From positions 84,940 through 148,939 of the forward strand of contig CAVUVW010000020.1 in NCBI GenBank assembly GCA_963745035.1: a stretch of 64,000 nt of DNA, written 5' to 3'. The notes beneath the pieces are model-generated. The model was given only the letters and a program-made list of their open reading frames with translations, had not been told where the DNA came from and did no database searches. A program made the position numbers and the translations under genes. Of the stretch, positions 1 through 9,391 are shown piece by piece; the stretch's first letter is position 1, and each line of letters begins with the position of its first letter. This DNA is from an uncultured delta proteobacterium. GTDB lineage: Bacteria > Desulfobacterota > Binatia > UBA9968.

Positions 1-581
1 AGGGTCGATGGAATTTTTTCGAGCGGCAGCACGAAATCGACGCCTCCGGTGGCGATCGCCGCGCCGGGCATGCCGAAGAATTCCGCGGATTGCTCGCTTT
101 GCGCGATGACGATGCCGCCCATCTTCTTTATGGCCTTGACCCCCATCGAGCCGTCGCTTCCGGACCCGGAGAGAACCACGGCGATGGCCCGCTCTCTGAA
201 GCTCGCCGCCACCGATTCGAATAATAAATCCGCTGAAGGACGCACAAAGTGGACTAGCTCGGACTGCGACAGCGAAAGGGTGCCGTCCGGATTGACCAGC
301 AGATGGCGGTTCGGCGGCGCGATGTACGTCGTGCCCGGTTGCAATCGATCTCCTTCTTCGGCCTGCTTCACGTGCAGCCCGGTGCGCCGCCCCAGGATAT
401 CGGCCATCATGCTGCGGTGTCGCGGGTCGAGGTGCTGCACCACAACGAGCGTGGCGGGAAAGCCGCGCGGCAGCATCGTCAGCACTTCCCCTAGGGCGTG
501 CAAACCGCCTGCGGACGCCGCTAGAGCGATGATGTTAAACAGGTGGCCGACGGGTCGCGCCGGATCGTCCTCGTTTGTAAT
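1..581 (-). CDS. cheB: Stand-alone CheB-type methylesterase domain protein (3' end runs off the window)
   Basis: Manual translation: IIALAASAGGL...VVVQHLDP...VRPSADLLFES...VVLSGSGSDG...GMPGAAI, i.e. the CheB S-H-D triad motifs. Not in the ORF track; no canonical start (see findings). Confidence 0.9.
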   Translation of the reverse strand, partial: MTNEDDPARPVGHLFNIIALAASAGGLHALGEVLTMLPRGFPATLVVVQHLDPRHRSMMADILGRRTGLHVKQAEEGDRLQPGTTYIAPPNRHLLVNPDGTLSLSQSELVHFVRPSADLLFESVAASFRERAIAVVLSGSGSDGSMGVKAIKKMGGIVIAQSEQSAEFFGMPGAAIATGGVDFVLPLEKIPST

Positions 582-650
582 ACGTCCTCCATTCGATTAA
601 CGCCCGCGAGCGAACCGTTCTGTCATTGCTGCTCCGAACTCGCCGAAGCG

Positions 651-965
651 TTATTCCAGGTAGCTCAGATCCAGGCTGCCGATGTGAGAAATGGGAGAGC
701 CGCAATGTTTGGCGAGGAGCTCGCATATCTGCCTGCATGTTTCTGCCTCGTTGAACAGCAGGCAGCCCATGTATTCCCCGCCTTGATATTCCATGATCAG
801 GTAGACGCGCGAGCGCGGCTCGACGCGCGACAGAAATACGTCGCGGAGAATTCCGACTTCGCCCCGCGGTCCCTCGTCATCGCCCGCGCCGCCGCGCCAC
901 GTCCAGATCGGCGGCCAATTTCTGAGACCACGATAATTCATCAATGGATGATCTCGGAGTATCAC
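651..965 (-). CDS. Hypothetical protein (LRDHPLMxYRG..NWPP family)
   Basis: 104-aa ORF with protein-like composition and coding-like codon usage. Confidence 0.65.
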   Translation of the reverse strand: MILRDHPLMNYRGLRNWPPIWTWRGGAGDDEGPRGEVGILRDVFLSRVEPRSRVYLIMEYQGGEYMGCLLFNEAETCRQICELLAKHCGSPISHIGSLDLSYLE

Positions 966-1052
966 TGTCGAACGCCCGCTTGTCCCGGAGAGATGGCGTC
1001 ACTCTATGCCCGGCGCCGAATATGTCAAGCGAACCGGTCGGCGAGTAGTGAG

Positions 1053-1217
1053 CTAGCGAATTTTGGATCTTCCAGTTTCGATCTGCTTCCGTATTCGTTC
1101 CGAACGGGCAAGCGCCTCTTTGGCGTCGGCGAGAGAAATTTTGGCGGTCTCGCGTAACGCCATGGATTCCTTACAGAGCTGTCTGCTTGCTTCTCTGATC
1201 GACTCGTCTTTGGGCAT
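1053..1217 (-). CDS. Small helical/coiled-coil hypothetical protein (54 aa)
   Basis: MPKDESIREASRQLCKESMALRETAKISLADAKEALARSERIRKQIETGRSKIR; AGGAG RBS upstream. Confidence 0.5.
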   Translation of the reverse strand: MPKDESIREASRQLCKESMALRETAKISLADAKEALARSERIRKQIETGRSKIR

Positions 1218-1468
1218 CGGCAGGACTCCTTTCCCCGTGGTTAGGGTTCGGGCTCCCGGTCCTGCGGCCCCGGTGGGATAAGCTCAAACTGTTATTCGAT
1301 AAACAAGACTAGGCTCAATCAGGCGCGAGGTCAACGAGATCGCTCAATCAGCCGGCTGCATCGCGCGCATTCGATCCGGCAGCGCTGCGCGCCGTGGCCG
1401 GCACACTTCCGCGCCGCCCTTTCTTTTATCTGCGACACACGGCCTCGGCTCCCGCCGTCGAACTTTGC

Positions 1469-1484
1469 TGGCATCGCGCTTGCT
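1469..1484 (+). promoter_or_regulatory. sigma54 -24/-12 promoter
   Basis: TGGCATCGCGCTTGCT (GG-N10-GC) upstream of the ferritin-like operon. Confidence 0.75.
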
Positions 1485-1534
1485 CCTCTCAATCGTCATC
1501 CTCCCATCGTTCCGTACCATGAAAGGAGATTCCC

Positions 1535-2734
1535 GTGAGCTTGGACCTGATGAAAGAAAAAGGCGTCGCGCTGGACCAACAGAAGTTCGACTGGCGCGAC
1601 ATCGTGCGCGCGCCGACGAGCAAGTTGAACGATGACGCATTCACCCGAGTGCGCATCATTTTGATGAACGGCATCGAATCGGAGGCGCTGCGATTCCAGC
1701 ACGCCTGCGCGCGCATGAACAAAGACCTGCAGCTCGCGCTGGCTCGTGTGCGGCGCGTAGAACAGCATCAACAAACGCTCGTCAATTGGCTACTGCCCGC
1801 CGACCTATCCCCGCTGGAAACCACCATCGGCTTCGAGCAGGTCGCCATCGAGGTCACCGCCAGCGTCGCGCAGCACGAGCCCGACCCGTATCTCGCCCAG
1901 GTGTACCGCTTCGGACTGCTCGAGGATTTCGATCACCTGTACCGCTACGCGGCGCTCATGGACCGCATGATGGGCTGCGATGCCAACAACATCTTGCAGA
2001 GCTACACCGACATTCTTCCGGGACGGCCAACGGCGGTCGAGCACCGCGCGCCCGAGGATGATTTGCGCAAGCCTTACGACCGCCGCAAAGCGGCGCCGAT
2101 CACCAAGCTAAACGCGGTCACGATTATGGGCGGCGAGCATCAGACTCATGATTATTACATGACGATCGGCCCCATGTTCGCCGACCCGATTGCGCGACAA
2201 TTGTACGCCGAGATTGCCTCAATTGAGGAACAGCACGTGACGCAGTACGAGTCGATCATCGACCCGGAGGAGACTTGGCTGGAAAAGTGGCTGCTGCACG
2301 AGGCCGTCGAAATTTACAACTATTATAGCTGTCTCACCTACGAGACGAACCCGCGCATCAAGACCATCTGGCAGCGCTTCGTGGACTACGAACTCGGCCA
2401 TCTGCATTTTGTCTTGGAGCAGTTCCAGAAATTCGACAAGCGCGATCCGGCTGAAATCCTTCCGGAGTCCCTGCCGGAGCCCATCGAATACAAAAGCCAT
2501 CGGGAATTTGTCCGCAAGGTGCTGAGCGAGGAAGTCGATCTGCGCGCCCGCGGCGCGGAGTTCATCGACAAGGAGAAGGAGGAGGCCGACGCGCCATCGC
2601 AGATCTACCGGGCGCAAATGAATGCTAACGGCTCGCCTTCGGAAACGGTGGCGGCGGGCTACCAATGGAAGCCTGGCACCGAGTTGGCGGAAGAGACCGC
2701 GGATATTCGCAAGCTGCAAAAAAAAGTCGCGTAG
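1535..2734 (+). CDS. Ferritin-like (probably tandem di-metal four-helix-bundle) protein
   Basis: Repeated E/ExxH motifs (LEDFDHL, GEHQTH, IEEQHV, YELGHL); AGGAG RBS, GTG start. Confidence 0.75.
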   Translation: MSLDLMKEKGVALDQQKFDWRDIVRAPTSKLNDDAFTRVRIILMNGIESEALRFQHACARMNKDLQLALARVRRVEQHQQTLVNWLLPADLSPLETTIGFEQVAIEVTASVAQHEPDPYLAQVYRFGLLEDFDHLYRYAALMDRMMGCDANNILQSYTDILPGRPTAVEHRAPEDDLRKPYDRRKAAPITKLNAVTIMGGEHQTHDYYMTIGPMFADPIARQLYAEIASIEEQHVTQYESIIDPEETWLEKWLLHEAVEIYNYYSCLTYETNPRIKTIWQRFVDYELGHLHFVLEQFQKFDKRDPAEILPESLPEPIEYKSHREFVRKVLSEEVDLRARGAEFIDKEKEEADAPSQIYRAQMNANGSPSETVAAGYQWKPGTELAEETADIRKLQKKVA

Positions 2735-2749
2735 CGACGGGAGGAATAT

Positions 2750-3649
2750 ATGGCAATGGGAACCGAAGAAGCTAAGTCACAAGACAAGGATATCATCGAT
2801 CTGCCCGAGGAGTTTTTCGTCAACCGGACCGGCATCATGCTCAATCCCACTCTTGGGGCGGAGCTGCTCCAGGGCGCCAAGGAAAAGGAAACAATACCGA
2901 GCTCGGAAGGCGACGGCGACGAGCTGCGGCTGGAACGGGCGGAGTATGTCGAGGAAGCGCTGCCGCTCGGCTCTTACCCGTCGGTAGTCGGTGGGATGAT
3001 GGACGCGGGTCAGGACGAGGAGCCGTCGCCAGACGATAACCGCATGGCGGTCCTGCTCGACAAGCTCGGCGAGCGCCTGGCCTTCGAACGGCAAGGGACC
3101 AGGCTGTATGAAGCCTTTATCCAAAAAGTCGAAACGCTGGCCAGCGCGGATGGGAACGGCCCGGATATCGACAATCTCCGCCACATCTGCGCGGAGGAGC
3201 TAGAACATTTCAAGCTGCTGCAAGAGACGATCGTGGAGCTCGGCGGCGATGCCACCGTGCAATCCCCTTCCGCCGACGTCGCCGGCGTGCTTTCCCACGG
3301 CGCGCTGCAGATCGTGAGCGACCCGCGCACGACCGTGGCGCAGGGGCTGCAGGCTCTTCTTACCGCTGAGTTGGTGGACAACGACGGCTGGGAGATGCTG
3401 CAAAACCTCGCCGAGCAACTGGGCCATGCCGATCTCGCGGCGGAGTGCGGCTCGGCTCTCGAGGAGGAGCGCGAACATTTGGAATCGGTGCGCACCTGGG
3501 CATCGAACCTGACGTTGAGCGAAGCCGTCGGCGCTGATGGCCTGATCGACGCCGAGGAACAGGAAGAGGAAGGAGAAACCGAGACGACAAGCCGCAGCTC
3601 CGGCAGGAAGAAGTCTTCCGGAAGCAAGAGCAAGCGCAAGAAAAAGTGA
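2750..3649 (+). CDS. Ferritin-like domain protein with acidic linker and Lys/Arg-rich tail
   Basis: LGERLAFERQGTRLYE, EELEHF, AELVDNDGW, EEREHL; C-terminus RKKSSGSKSKRKKK. Confidence 0.85.
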   Translation: MAMGTEEAKSQDKDIIDLPEEFFVNRTGIMLNPTLGAELLQGAKEKETIPSSEGDGDELRLERAEYVEEALPLGSYPSVVGGMMDAGQDEEPSPDDNRMAVLLDKLGERLAFERQGTRLYEAFIQKVETLASADGNGPDIDNLRHICAEELEHFKLLQETIVELGGDATVQSPSADVAGVLSHGALQIVSDPRTTVAQGLQALLTAELVDNDGWEMLQNLAEQLGHADLAAECGSALEEEREHLESVRTWASNLTLSEAVGADGLIDAEEQEEEGETETTSRSSGRKKSSGSKSKRKKK

Positions 3650-3674
3650 CTTCTTAATATCTGCCTTCTTGACC

Positions 3675-3701
3675 CGGCGGGCGGGCATTCCCCGCCCGCT
3701 G
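3675..3701 (+). terminator. Putative intrinsic terminator hairpin
   Basis: CGGCGGGCGGG-cattc-CCCGCCCGCTG directly after the operon. Confidence 0.5.
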
Positions 3702-3762
3702 CACCCTTTCACGCCAACGTCTCGCCCTCCTCCGTTACGAATGCGGGTCGTGGTTCAGTTCG

Positions 3763-3836
3763 GAAAGATCTCTCACTTCGTTCGAGATGACAGAACCGTT
3801 ACGTTTGTCATTTCGAGTGGATGCGAGAAATCTTTC
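3763..3836. repeat. Palindromic intergenic element (AGATCTCTCACTTCGTTCGAGATGACA family)
   Basis: Imperfect inverted arms; related single arm at 9690-9717 and related element at 16653-16730. Confidence 0.7.
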
Positions 3837-3900
3837 CCCGATGTTATGCCCTGGGAGTCAAACTGCACCACTACTCGATTGCTAGATCCTAACGAGCGAG

Positions 3901-3916
3901 CGGCACGGCAGTTGCT
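3901..3916 (+). promoter_or_regulatory. sigma54 promoter
   Basis: CGGCACGGCAGTTGCT just upstream of the yihY ATG. Confidence 0.7.
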
Positions 3917-3931
3917 CCGTAACGAAACATC

Positions 3932-4837
3932 ATGTGGCAGTTTCTCAAGAAGACCGTTTACAACTGGATCGACGATGAGCCGTTTGTCCTCGCTGCCGCG
4001 CTTTCGTACTACACGCTTTTTTCCCTGGCGCCGCTATTGACCATCGCGATCGCAATGGCCGGGCTGTTTTTCGGCCAGGAGGCCGCGCAAAACCAGGTCG
4101 TCGAAACCACGCGGGGACTGGTCGGCAAGGAAAGCGCGCAGGCGATCCAGGAGATGATTGAAAGCGCCGGCGAGAAGCCTGCGGCTGGGATCATATCGAC
4201 TCTGTTCGGCGTCATCGCGCTGCTCTTCGGCGCCGGCGGCGTGGTCGGACAACTGCAAGCTTCTTTGAATAAAGTGTGGGGTGTGGCACCGAAACCTGGT
4301 CAGGGAGTATGGGGCTTCATCCGGCAGCGCTTTGTTTCCTACGCCATGGTGCTTTCGATCGGCTTTCTGCTGCTCGTGTCGCTGATCGTCAGCGCCGTAC
4401 TGTCCGGCATGTCCCGGCTCCTCGGCAATATGTTCGGCGGCGCCGAGGCGCTGGTCCATGGACTCGATCTACTCGTGTCCTTCGCCTTCATCACCTTGCT
4501 CTTCGCGATGATCTACAAGTTTCTTCCAGACGCGCGCATTCGCTGGAAGGACGTGTGGATCGGCGCCGTGTTCACGTCGCTGCTGTTCACGATCGGCAAA
4601 TCGCTGATCGGGCTCTACCTCGGCAACAGCGGCGTGACCTCGGTTTACGGCGCCGCGGGGTCGCTGATCACGGTGCTTCTGTGGGTTTATTATTCCGCGC
4701 TGATCTTCTTCTTCGGCGCCGAGCTCACGCGGGTGTACGCTACCGAATACGGCTCCGGCGTGGCGCCCGCGGATAACGCGCGGCTGGTCGACGCCGAGAA
4801 GACTACGGAGACGGAGCGGAAATCCGCGCGCGCTTGA
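3932..4837 (+). CDS. YihY/virulence factor BrkB family membrane protein
   Basis: AAALSYYTLFSLAP, YGAAGSL..LLWVYYS motifs; multiple TM helices. Confidence 0.95.
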   Translation: MWQFLKKTVYNWIDDEPFVLAAALSYYTLFSLAPLLTIAIAMAGLFFGQEAAQNQVVETTRGLVGKESAQAIQEMIESAGEKPAAGIISTLFGVIALLFGAGGVVGQLQASLNKVWGVAPKPGQGVWGFIRQRFVSYAMVLSIGFLLLVSLIVSAVLSGMSRLLGNMFGGAEALVHGLDLLVSFAFITLLFAMIYKFLPDARIRWKDVWIGAVFTSLLFTIGKSLIGLYLGNSGVTSVYGAAGSLITVLLWVYYSALIFFFGAELTRVYATEYGSGVAPADNARLVDAEKTTETERKSARA

Positions 4838-4899
4838 TGAGTCCGGCGGGGCGAATTGGCTCGCCCCCGGCCCGGACGAGAGACACTTCCGTTCCGAAA

Positions 4900-5346
4900 C
4901 TAACTCGCTTTGCGAAGCCGCCGGTGCTTGGCCGTCTCGAGCTCCTCGCCGAGCTCTTGCAGCTCGCTCGCGTTCATCAGCTTGCGGACTTTGGGGAACA
5001 TCATTTGTTCCTCTTCTTCTTCCGCATGATGCTCGATGTTGTCCGCCAACACTTTGAGCTTGGCTTTGAACTTTTCACTGGTCGAACCGAGCCGGGACAT
5101 TTCGCGCAGCAGGGTCTTTACCTGCTTGTGCTCCTCGACCGATTCCAGGGTCATCTCCTTTAACTCTTCGTGCTCGGCCACCGCCGGATAAAAAATCGTC
5201 TCCTCGATGCGCGCGTGGATCTCGAGCTCGGCCTTGATCTCCTTGAAGAGCTGCCGCTGCTTTTTTTTGTCTTCCGTTTCCTTGGCCTGGGTCAGCAGTT
5301 GTTTCACCTTGTGGTGGTCCTGCTTCAATAACTCCAATGCGTCCAT
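4900..5346 (-). CDS. Hemerythrin/HHE cation-binding domain protein
   Basis: MDALELLKQDH, HARIEE.IFYP, EEH, HHAEEEE..MFP. Confidence 0.9.
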   Translation of the reverse strand: MDALELLKQDHHKVKQLLTQAKETEDKKKQRQLFKEIKAELEIHARIEETIFYPAVAEHEELKEMTLESVEEHKQVKTLLREMSRLGSTSEKFKAKLKVLADNIEHHAEEEEEQMMFPKVRKLMNASELQELGEELETAKHRRLRKAS

Positions 5347-5391
5347 ACGATCCTCCTGGCTTGCGATAGTGTGTCGTCACCGCGAGCCTGG

Positions 5392-5407
5392 AGCAAGGCA
5401 CATGCCA
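5392..5407 (-). promoter_or_regulatory. sigma54 promoter
   Basis: Reverse complement TGGCATGTGCCTTGCT upstream of hemerythrin. Confidence 0.75.
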
Positions 5408-5558
5408 TGCCTGGCGATTTCCCGGAGCCCTCTCTACGCGGCGCGCGCGATTCCGGAGCACCCTCTTCAGTGGCACATATTCAAGCGATCTTTTCTCCTT
5501 CTTGAGACAGACGACGCGCCGCGCGCGAATGTTTGCGCGCCGTGACGCGCGCTGCTCG

Positions 5559-5574
5559 TGGCATTTCGATTGCT
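5559..5574 (+). promoter_or_regulatory. sigma54 promoter
   Basis: TGGCATTTCGATTGCT; divergent partner of the 5392 promoter. Confidence 0.75.
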
Positions 5575-5619
5575 CCTCCTCAGAATTGCTGAGAATAGAT
5601 TGCACGTAAAGGAGATCTT

Positions 5620-5883
5620 ATGGAGACCCAACCTTACACCGTCAACGATCATCGGACCGAAGATCAATTCACCAAGAGCGTCGAAGAATACACCGCCGCC
5701 CTGCCGTCCTCCGCTTATCTGGCGATCGCCATTGCGGCGATGGCGGCATCGCTCGCGCTGCAAGTCAGCGGCCGGGAAAAGTGGGGCAACTTCATCGCCC
5801 AGTGGGTGCCCACGTGGCTCGTTATCGGTCTCTACAACAAGCTCGTCAAGCTCGAAGGACACGACCGGCTCGACCGGTCTTGA
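5620..5883 (+). CDS. Small membrane hypothetical protein
   Basis: 87 aa, two hydrophobic segments (FIAQWVPTWLVIGLYNKLVK); AAGGAG RBS. Confidence 0.8.
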   Translation: METQPYTVNDHRTEDQFTKSVEEYTAALPSSAYLAIAIAAMAASLALQVSGREKWGNFIAQWVPTWLVIGLYNKLVKLEGHDRLDRS

Positions 5884-6133
5884 TACCCGGCATTCGCCGA
5901 TCTTGGTGAGGAGGTGAGCTTTGTTTATTTAATGGAGCAAGAAGAGAATATTTCGAGTGCAGCTATTGCAGGTAGAGATTCAACTTCAAAAAAGAAGCGG
6001 CGAAACACGAAAGGAACTGTTCGAAACGAGACGGTTAAAACAGTTCGCGCGGCAAGGTTTGGCTACAAACCGGCTTAATGATGTCCAAGGCGAGTTTCTG
6101 TTTATCGTCTCCCAAAAGGTCGAAAGGTGAGCT

Positions 6134-6616
6134 ATGGAAAGCAGAGCCAAGTTTCTCGGCCATCCCGCGCATCAGATGCTGATCGTTTTTCCGCTGGGAC
6201 TGCTGGCGACCGCGGTGATATTCGACGTGATCTATCTTGTGGGCGGCGGGGAGAACATGGCGCTCGTCGCATACTGGATGATCGCCGCCGGTATCATCGG
6301 CGGCTTTCTCGCCGCGCCGTTTGGCTGGATCGATTGGTTCGCGATTCCGGCGGGGACGCGCGCCAAGTCCGTCGGGTTATGGCATGGCTCCGGCAATACG
6401 ATCGTCCTGTTGCTTTTCATCGGTAGCTGGCTCCTGCGCCGCGATGTGCCGGACCGCCCGGAAGCGCTGGCGTTCGCGCTCTCGTTCGCGGGCGCAGGTT
6501 TGGCGTTGTTTACCGGCTGGCTGGGCGGCGAGCTGGTCGATCGCCTGAGCGTCGGCGTCGACGACGGCGCTCACCCGAACGCGCCGAGCTCATTGTCGCG
6601 CCGCCCCGCCCATTGA
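6134..6616 (+). CDS. DUF2231 family membrane protein
   Basis: GHPAHQML.VFPLG, LWHG.GN, GWLGGELV motifs. Confidence 0.9.
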   Translation: MESRAKFLGHPAHQMLIVFPLGLLATAVIFDVIYLVGGGENMALVAYWMIAAGIIGGFLAAPFGWIDWFAIPAGTRAKSVGLWHGSGNTIVLLLFIGSWLLRRDVPDRPEALAFALSFAGAGLALFTGWLGGELVDRLSVGVDDGAHPNAPSSLSRRPAH

Positions 6617-6651
6617 GACGGTTGGTTGCAGGGCGCTCACAGAGCCGCTCG

Positions 6652-6667
6652 TGGCATGTTGCTTGCT
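6652..6667 (+). promoter_or_regulatory. sigma54 promoter
   Basis: TGGCATGTTGCTTGCT. Confidence 0.75.
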
Positions 6668-6723
6668 CAAAATTTTGGCAAACTAGAGAAGTCGACGGAA
6701 TTTAACTCACCAGAGGAGGATTT

Positions 6724-6975
6724 ATGGGGATTATCGGATGGATATTGTTCGGCTTGGTTGTGGGAATTGTCGGAAAGTTCCTGATGCCGGGGCGCGATCC
6801 CGGAGGATTTATCCTGACAATCCTGCTCGGTATTGCCGGCGCGCTGCTCGGCGGATTCCTCGGCCAATCCCTTGGGTTTTACCGCGAAGGCGAGCCGGCG
6901 GGATTCCTCATGGCCGTCCTGGGATCGATCGTACTCTTGCTGCTTTATCGTTTGTTTCTCGGCAGGCGCGCCTAG
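6724..6975 (+). CDS. GlsB/YeaQ/YmgE (transglycosylase-associated) stress membrane protein
   Basis: WILFGLVVG..GKFLMPGRDPGG..TILLGIAGA; GAGGAGG RBS. Confidence 0.95.
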   Translation: MGIIGWILFGLVVGIVGKFLMPGRDPGGFILTILLGIAGALLGGFLGQSLGFYREGEPAGFLMAVLGSIVLLLLYRLFLGRRA

Positions 6976-6993
6976 GAGAAGCTTTTGAAAACC

Positions 6994-7020
6994 GGCGCGG
7001 CGGGGATCCCCCGCCGCGCC
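6994..7020 (+). terminator. Putative (bidirectional) terminator hairpin
   Basis: GGCGCGGCGGGG-atc-CCCCGCCGCGCC. Confidence 0.55.
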
Positions 7021-7037
7021 CTTGCGCCCGCCCCGAG

Positions 7038-7181
7038 CTATTCCAAGTCGCGCCGAAAATAGAAGTCCACGCTAAACGAAGCCAACAGCATTCCATAGAG
7101 ATACCCGACCGATTCGAGCAGACCGGGTAAGGTCTGAATCACGTGCCAGAAAATTCCCAACATCAACAAGCTGGTGATCAT
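7038..7181 (-). CDS. Possible small membrane protein (47 aa)
   Basis: MITSLLMLGIFWHVIQTLPGLLESVGYLYGMLLASFSVDFYFRRDLE; no strong RBS. Confidence 0.3.
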   Translation of the reverse strand: MITSLLMLGIFWHVIQTLPGLLESVGYLYGMLLASFSVDFYFRRDLE

Positions 7182-7470
7182 GGCGAGCTAGAGTAGCAGA
7201 TCGCGCGCGCATCGCCAAGAAATCCTGTCTTTTATCGATTAGCTGGATTTTTCAGCCGGGGCGATTGCGCGAAATTCGACAACCACCCACGGCTCTGCCG
7301 CTTCGCCCCTCGGTACTACGTCGATTGCTAGTTTCTCGGAATGATCGAAATCTCGCCCGTGCGCTCGATGATGCACCAGCCGACGCGCTGGGCGGTCCAG
7401 ACGCGGCTCTGGAAATTCACATCGGCGTGGACTTCTATCGAGCTTGGCCGCGCGCGAGGCGCGAAAGCAG

Positions 7471-7914
7471 CTACTGGAACCGCCGATCCGGTGCGGTTTC
7501 CACCGGATCGTGGCCGTCGCCGCGGTCGCGGTGTTTGAAGAGCTTGGAAGCATAATCGCGCGCGAGCGCCACCGCCGTCGCGGTCACCACCCCACTCAGC
7601 ATGCCGACCAGGCTCTGCGTGATCCCAGCGCGCTGCTGCTGGGCCGCCGCGCGCGCCGGCCAATCGTCAGGCAGCTCCAGTCGCGCCCTCGGCGTGGGGC
7701 GGCCGAGCACCAAGCCGCTCAGGAAATAGCCGGTGGCGACGGACAAGCCGATCATGAGCCACGGGCGCCGCTCGGTCTGATAGTTGAGATCGAAAGAGCG
7801 CTTCACTTCCCGGATGGTTCCGTCCACGCGCTCTTCCAGGGTGGCGATCTTCTCCGCCATGCCGGCGCGGGTGGCTTCTATCTCGTGTCGTATTTCACGC
7901 TGCGTGTTATCCAT
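7471..7914 (-). CDS. DUF3618-domain protein
   Basis: EIRHEIEATRAGMAEKIATLEER then PW + hydrophobic helix; follows the holin-X-like gene as usual. Confidence 0.8.
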   Translation of the reverse strand: MDNTQREIRHEIEATRAGMAEKIATLEERVDGTIREVKRSFDLNYQTERRPWLMIGLSVATGYFLSGLVLGRPTPRARLELPDDWPARAAAQQQRAGITQSLVGMLSGVVTATAVALARDYASKLFKHRDRGDGHDPVETAPDRRFQ

Positions 7915-8300
7915 CGTGCATCCTCTTTGGCGTTTTCAATGGTGGTCGTCGGCACCAGGTTGGTGTTAGCGGCGCGCCGCTTGCCGGCGAGCAGGACGGC
8001 GAGGCCTACCACCGACAGCGCCGCTCCGACGATGCCGTAGCATGCCCAGAGAGTGAGCTCGGTGTATTCCTCCAGCACATACACCACCGTAAACGACAGC
8101 AGAATTCCGCCCAACAACAAGCTTGCCGCGCCCACGCCGATCAACACCACGGTCGATTTGGCGTTCGCCATTTCCTCGCGCATCTCCAGGCGCGCGGCCG
8201 TGATCTCCTTTGAAATCAGATCACTGGCGTCGCGGAAAATGCCGCTGACGAGCGACGAGATGCTCGGCTTTTTCGGTTCCTCCAGCCGGTAGTCTTGCAT
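7878..8300 (-). CDS. Phage holin family (holin-X/YqjE-like) membrane protein
   Basis: SISSLVSGIFRD.SDL.SKEI..ARLEM, two TM helices, P..TIE. Confidence 0.85.
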   Translation of the reverse strand: MQDYRLEEPKKPSISSLVSGIFRDASDLISKEITAARLEMREEMANAKSTVVLIGVGAASLLLGGILLSFTVVYVLEEYTELTLWACYGIVGAALSVVGLAVLLAGKRRAANTNLVPTTTIENAKEDARWITRSVKYDTR

Positions 8301-8319
8301 AAGAACCTCGCTTGCCGGC

Positions 8320-8676
8320 TCAGTGCCGGCGGCGCAGCGCCAGCAGCACACCGGCGGCGACGCCGACCAGCATCGACGTGCCTGGGTGCTGGCGAATATA
8401 TTGGCTGATCCGGCGGGTGATGTCTTCGTAGCGTCTGTCGGTGAAGTAGCTCGCGCCACGATCCAACGTGTCGGCCAAGCGCGTTGCCGTGTCGTGGATC
8501 TTCGACTCCACGCGCGGCCCGCTCTCGCGGATCCGGCCGGCGAAATTTTTCATCTGACTACCGACCTTGTCGGCGGTTCGGTGCGCCGCCGCGGCGGCGC
8601 GCTCGCGCGCTCTTTCGGAGTTTCTCGCCTCTTCGGAACGAGCCTCATTCAGATTTTCAAACTCATCATGTTCCAT
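8320..8676 (-). CDS. ElaB/YqjD/DUF883-like tail-anchored protein
   Basis: Charged helical N-terminus, YIRQHP then a C-terminal TM helix and RRRH; GAGG RBS. Confidence 0.75.
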   Translation of the reverse strand: MEHDEFENLNEARSEEARNSERARERAAAAAHRTADKVGSQMKNFAGRIRESGPRVESKIHDTATRLADTLDRGASYFTDRRYEDITRRISQYIRQHPGTSMLVGVAAGVLLALRRRH

Positions 8677-8725
8677 AAACACACCTCGGTTTTTGTCCCA
8701 CGCTAGCGCGGGCACTCTCAAAGAC

Positions 8726-8741
8726 AGCAATAAAGATACCA
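8726..8741 (-). promoter_or_regulatory. sigma54 promoter
   Basis: Reverse complement TGGTATCTTTATTGCT. Confidence 0.65.
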
Positions 8742-9079
8742 AAAGCCGACAAATCGCGTCGCCGTTTCATCTGCCAAGGCGAGCGCCCGCGGAACGAGTG
8801 CAGATGAGGCCGAGACATCGGCGAGGCGACTTGCGGCGTCTTCTCGGTGCCGCATATTTACGTGATTAATTTCCGGCGTCGCGAGCGGGCAACGCCGCAA
8901 AAATTTTATGTCGCCCCACGTGCGGGACAGGTGTCCCGCGCGGAAATCAATCTCGATCTCAGTAGCTTGGCGCGCAAGCTGGATATTTTGTATCGTTTCG
9001 CGGACAGAGAAGTCTTTCCGCTTAGCAGCTATGGGACACAACCTGGTCATTTAACCGCGGATTGTCCGCGTTTATGCCG

Positions 9080-9095
9080 TGGTACGTCCGTTGCA
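9080..9095 (+). promoter_or_regulatory. sigma54 promoter
   Basis: TGGTACGTCCGTTGCA upstream of csbD. Confidence 0.7.
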
Positions 9096-9134
9096 AAATG
9101 ATGAGCTATCAGAATTTGAAGGAGGCAAAAAACC

Positions 9135-9329
9135 ATGAACTGGGATCAGGCAGCAGGAAACTGGAAGCAGTTTAAGGGCAAAGTCAAAGAGCAGTGGGGC
9201 AAGCTCACCGACGACGAACTCGATGAAGTCGCCGGCAAGCGCGATCAACTCGTCGGAAAGATTCAAAAACAGTACGGAATCAGCAAGGAAGAAGCCGAGC
9301 GCCAAGTAAAGACCTGGGAAACTCAATAG
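9135..9329 (+). CDS. csbD: CsbD/YjbJ general stress protein
   Basis: MNWDQAAGNWKQFKGKVKEQWGKLTDDEL...GKRDQLVGKIQ.QYG. Confidence 0.95.
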   Translation: MNWDQAAGNWKQFKGKVKEQWGKLTDDELDEVAGKRDQLVGKIQKQYGISKEEAERQVKTWETQ

Positions 9330-9358
9330 TCTTCAGTTCACCCTTTCCCGCCACCGTC

Positions 9359-9391
9359 GGACCGGCAGCGAAAACCCTTCGCTGCCGGTCC
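9359..9391 (+). terminator. Terminator hairpin
   Basis: GGACCGGCAGCGAA-aaccc-TTCGCTGCCGGTCC, 14-bp perfect stem. Confidence 0.65.

Noticed and set aside
5932-6078. 48-aa basic ORF (MEQEENISS...)
   Set aside because: AT-rich, SD too far from the ATG, no recognisable family; cannot be supported.
7878-8300. 'Phage holin' as evidence of a prophage
   Set aside because: It sits in the common ElaB/holin-X/DUF3618 stress triad; no phage genes or integrase are present.
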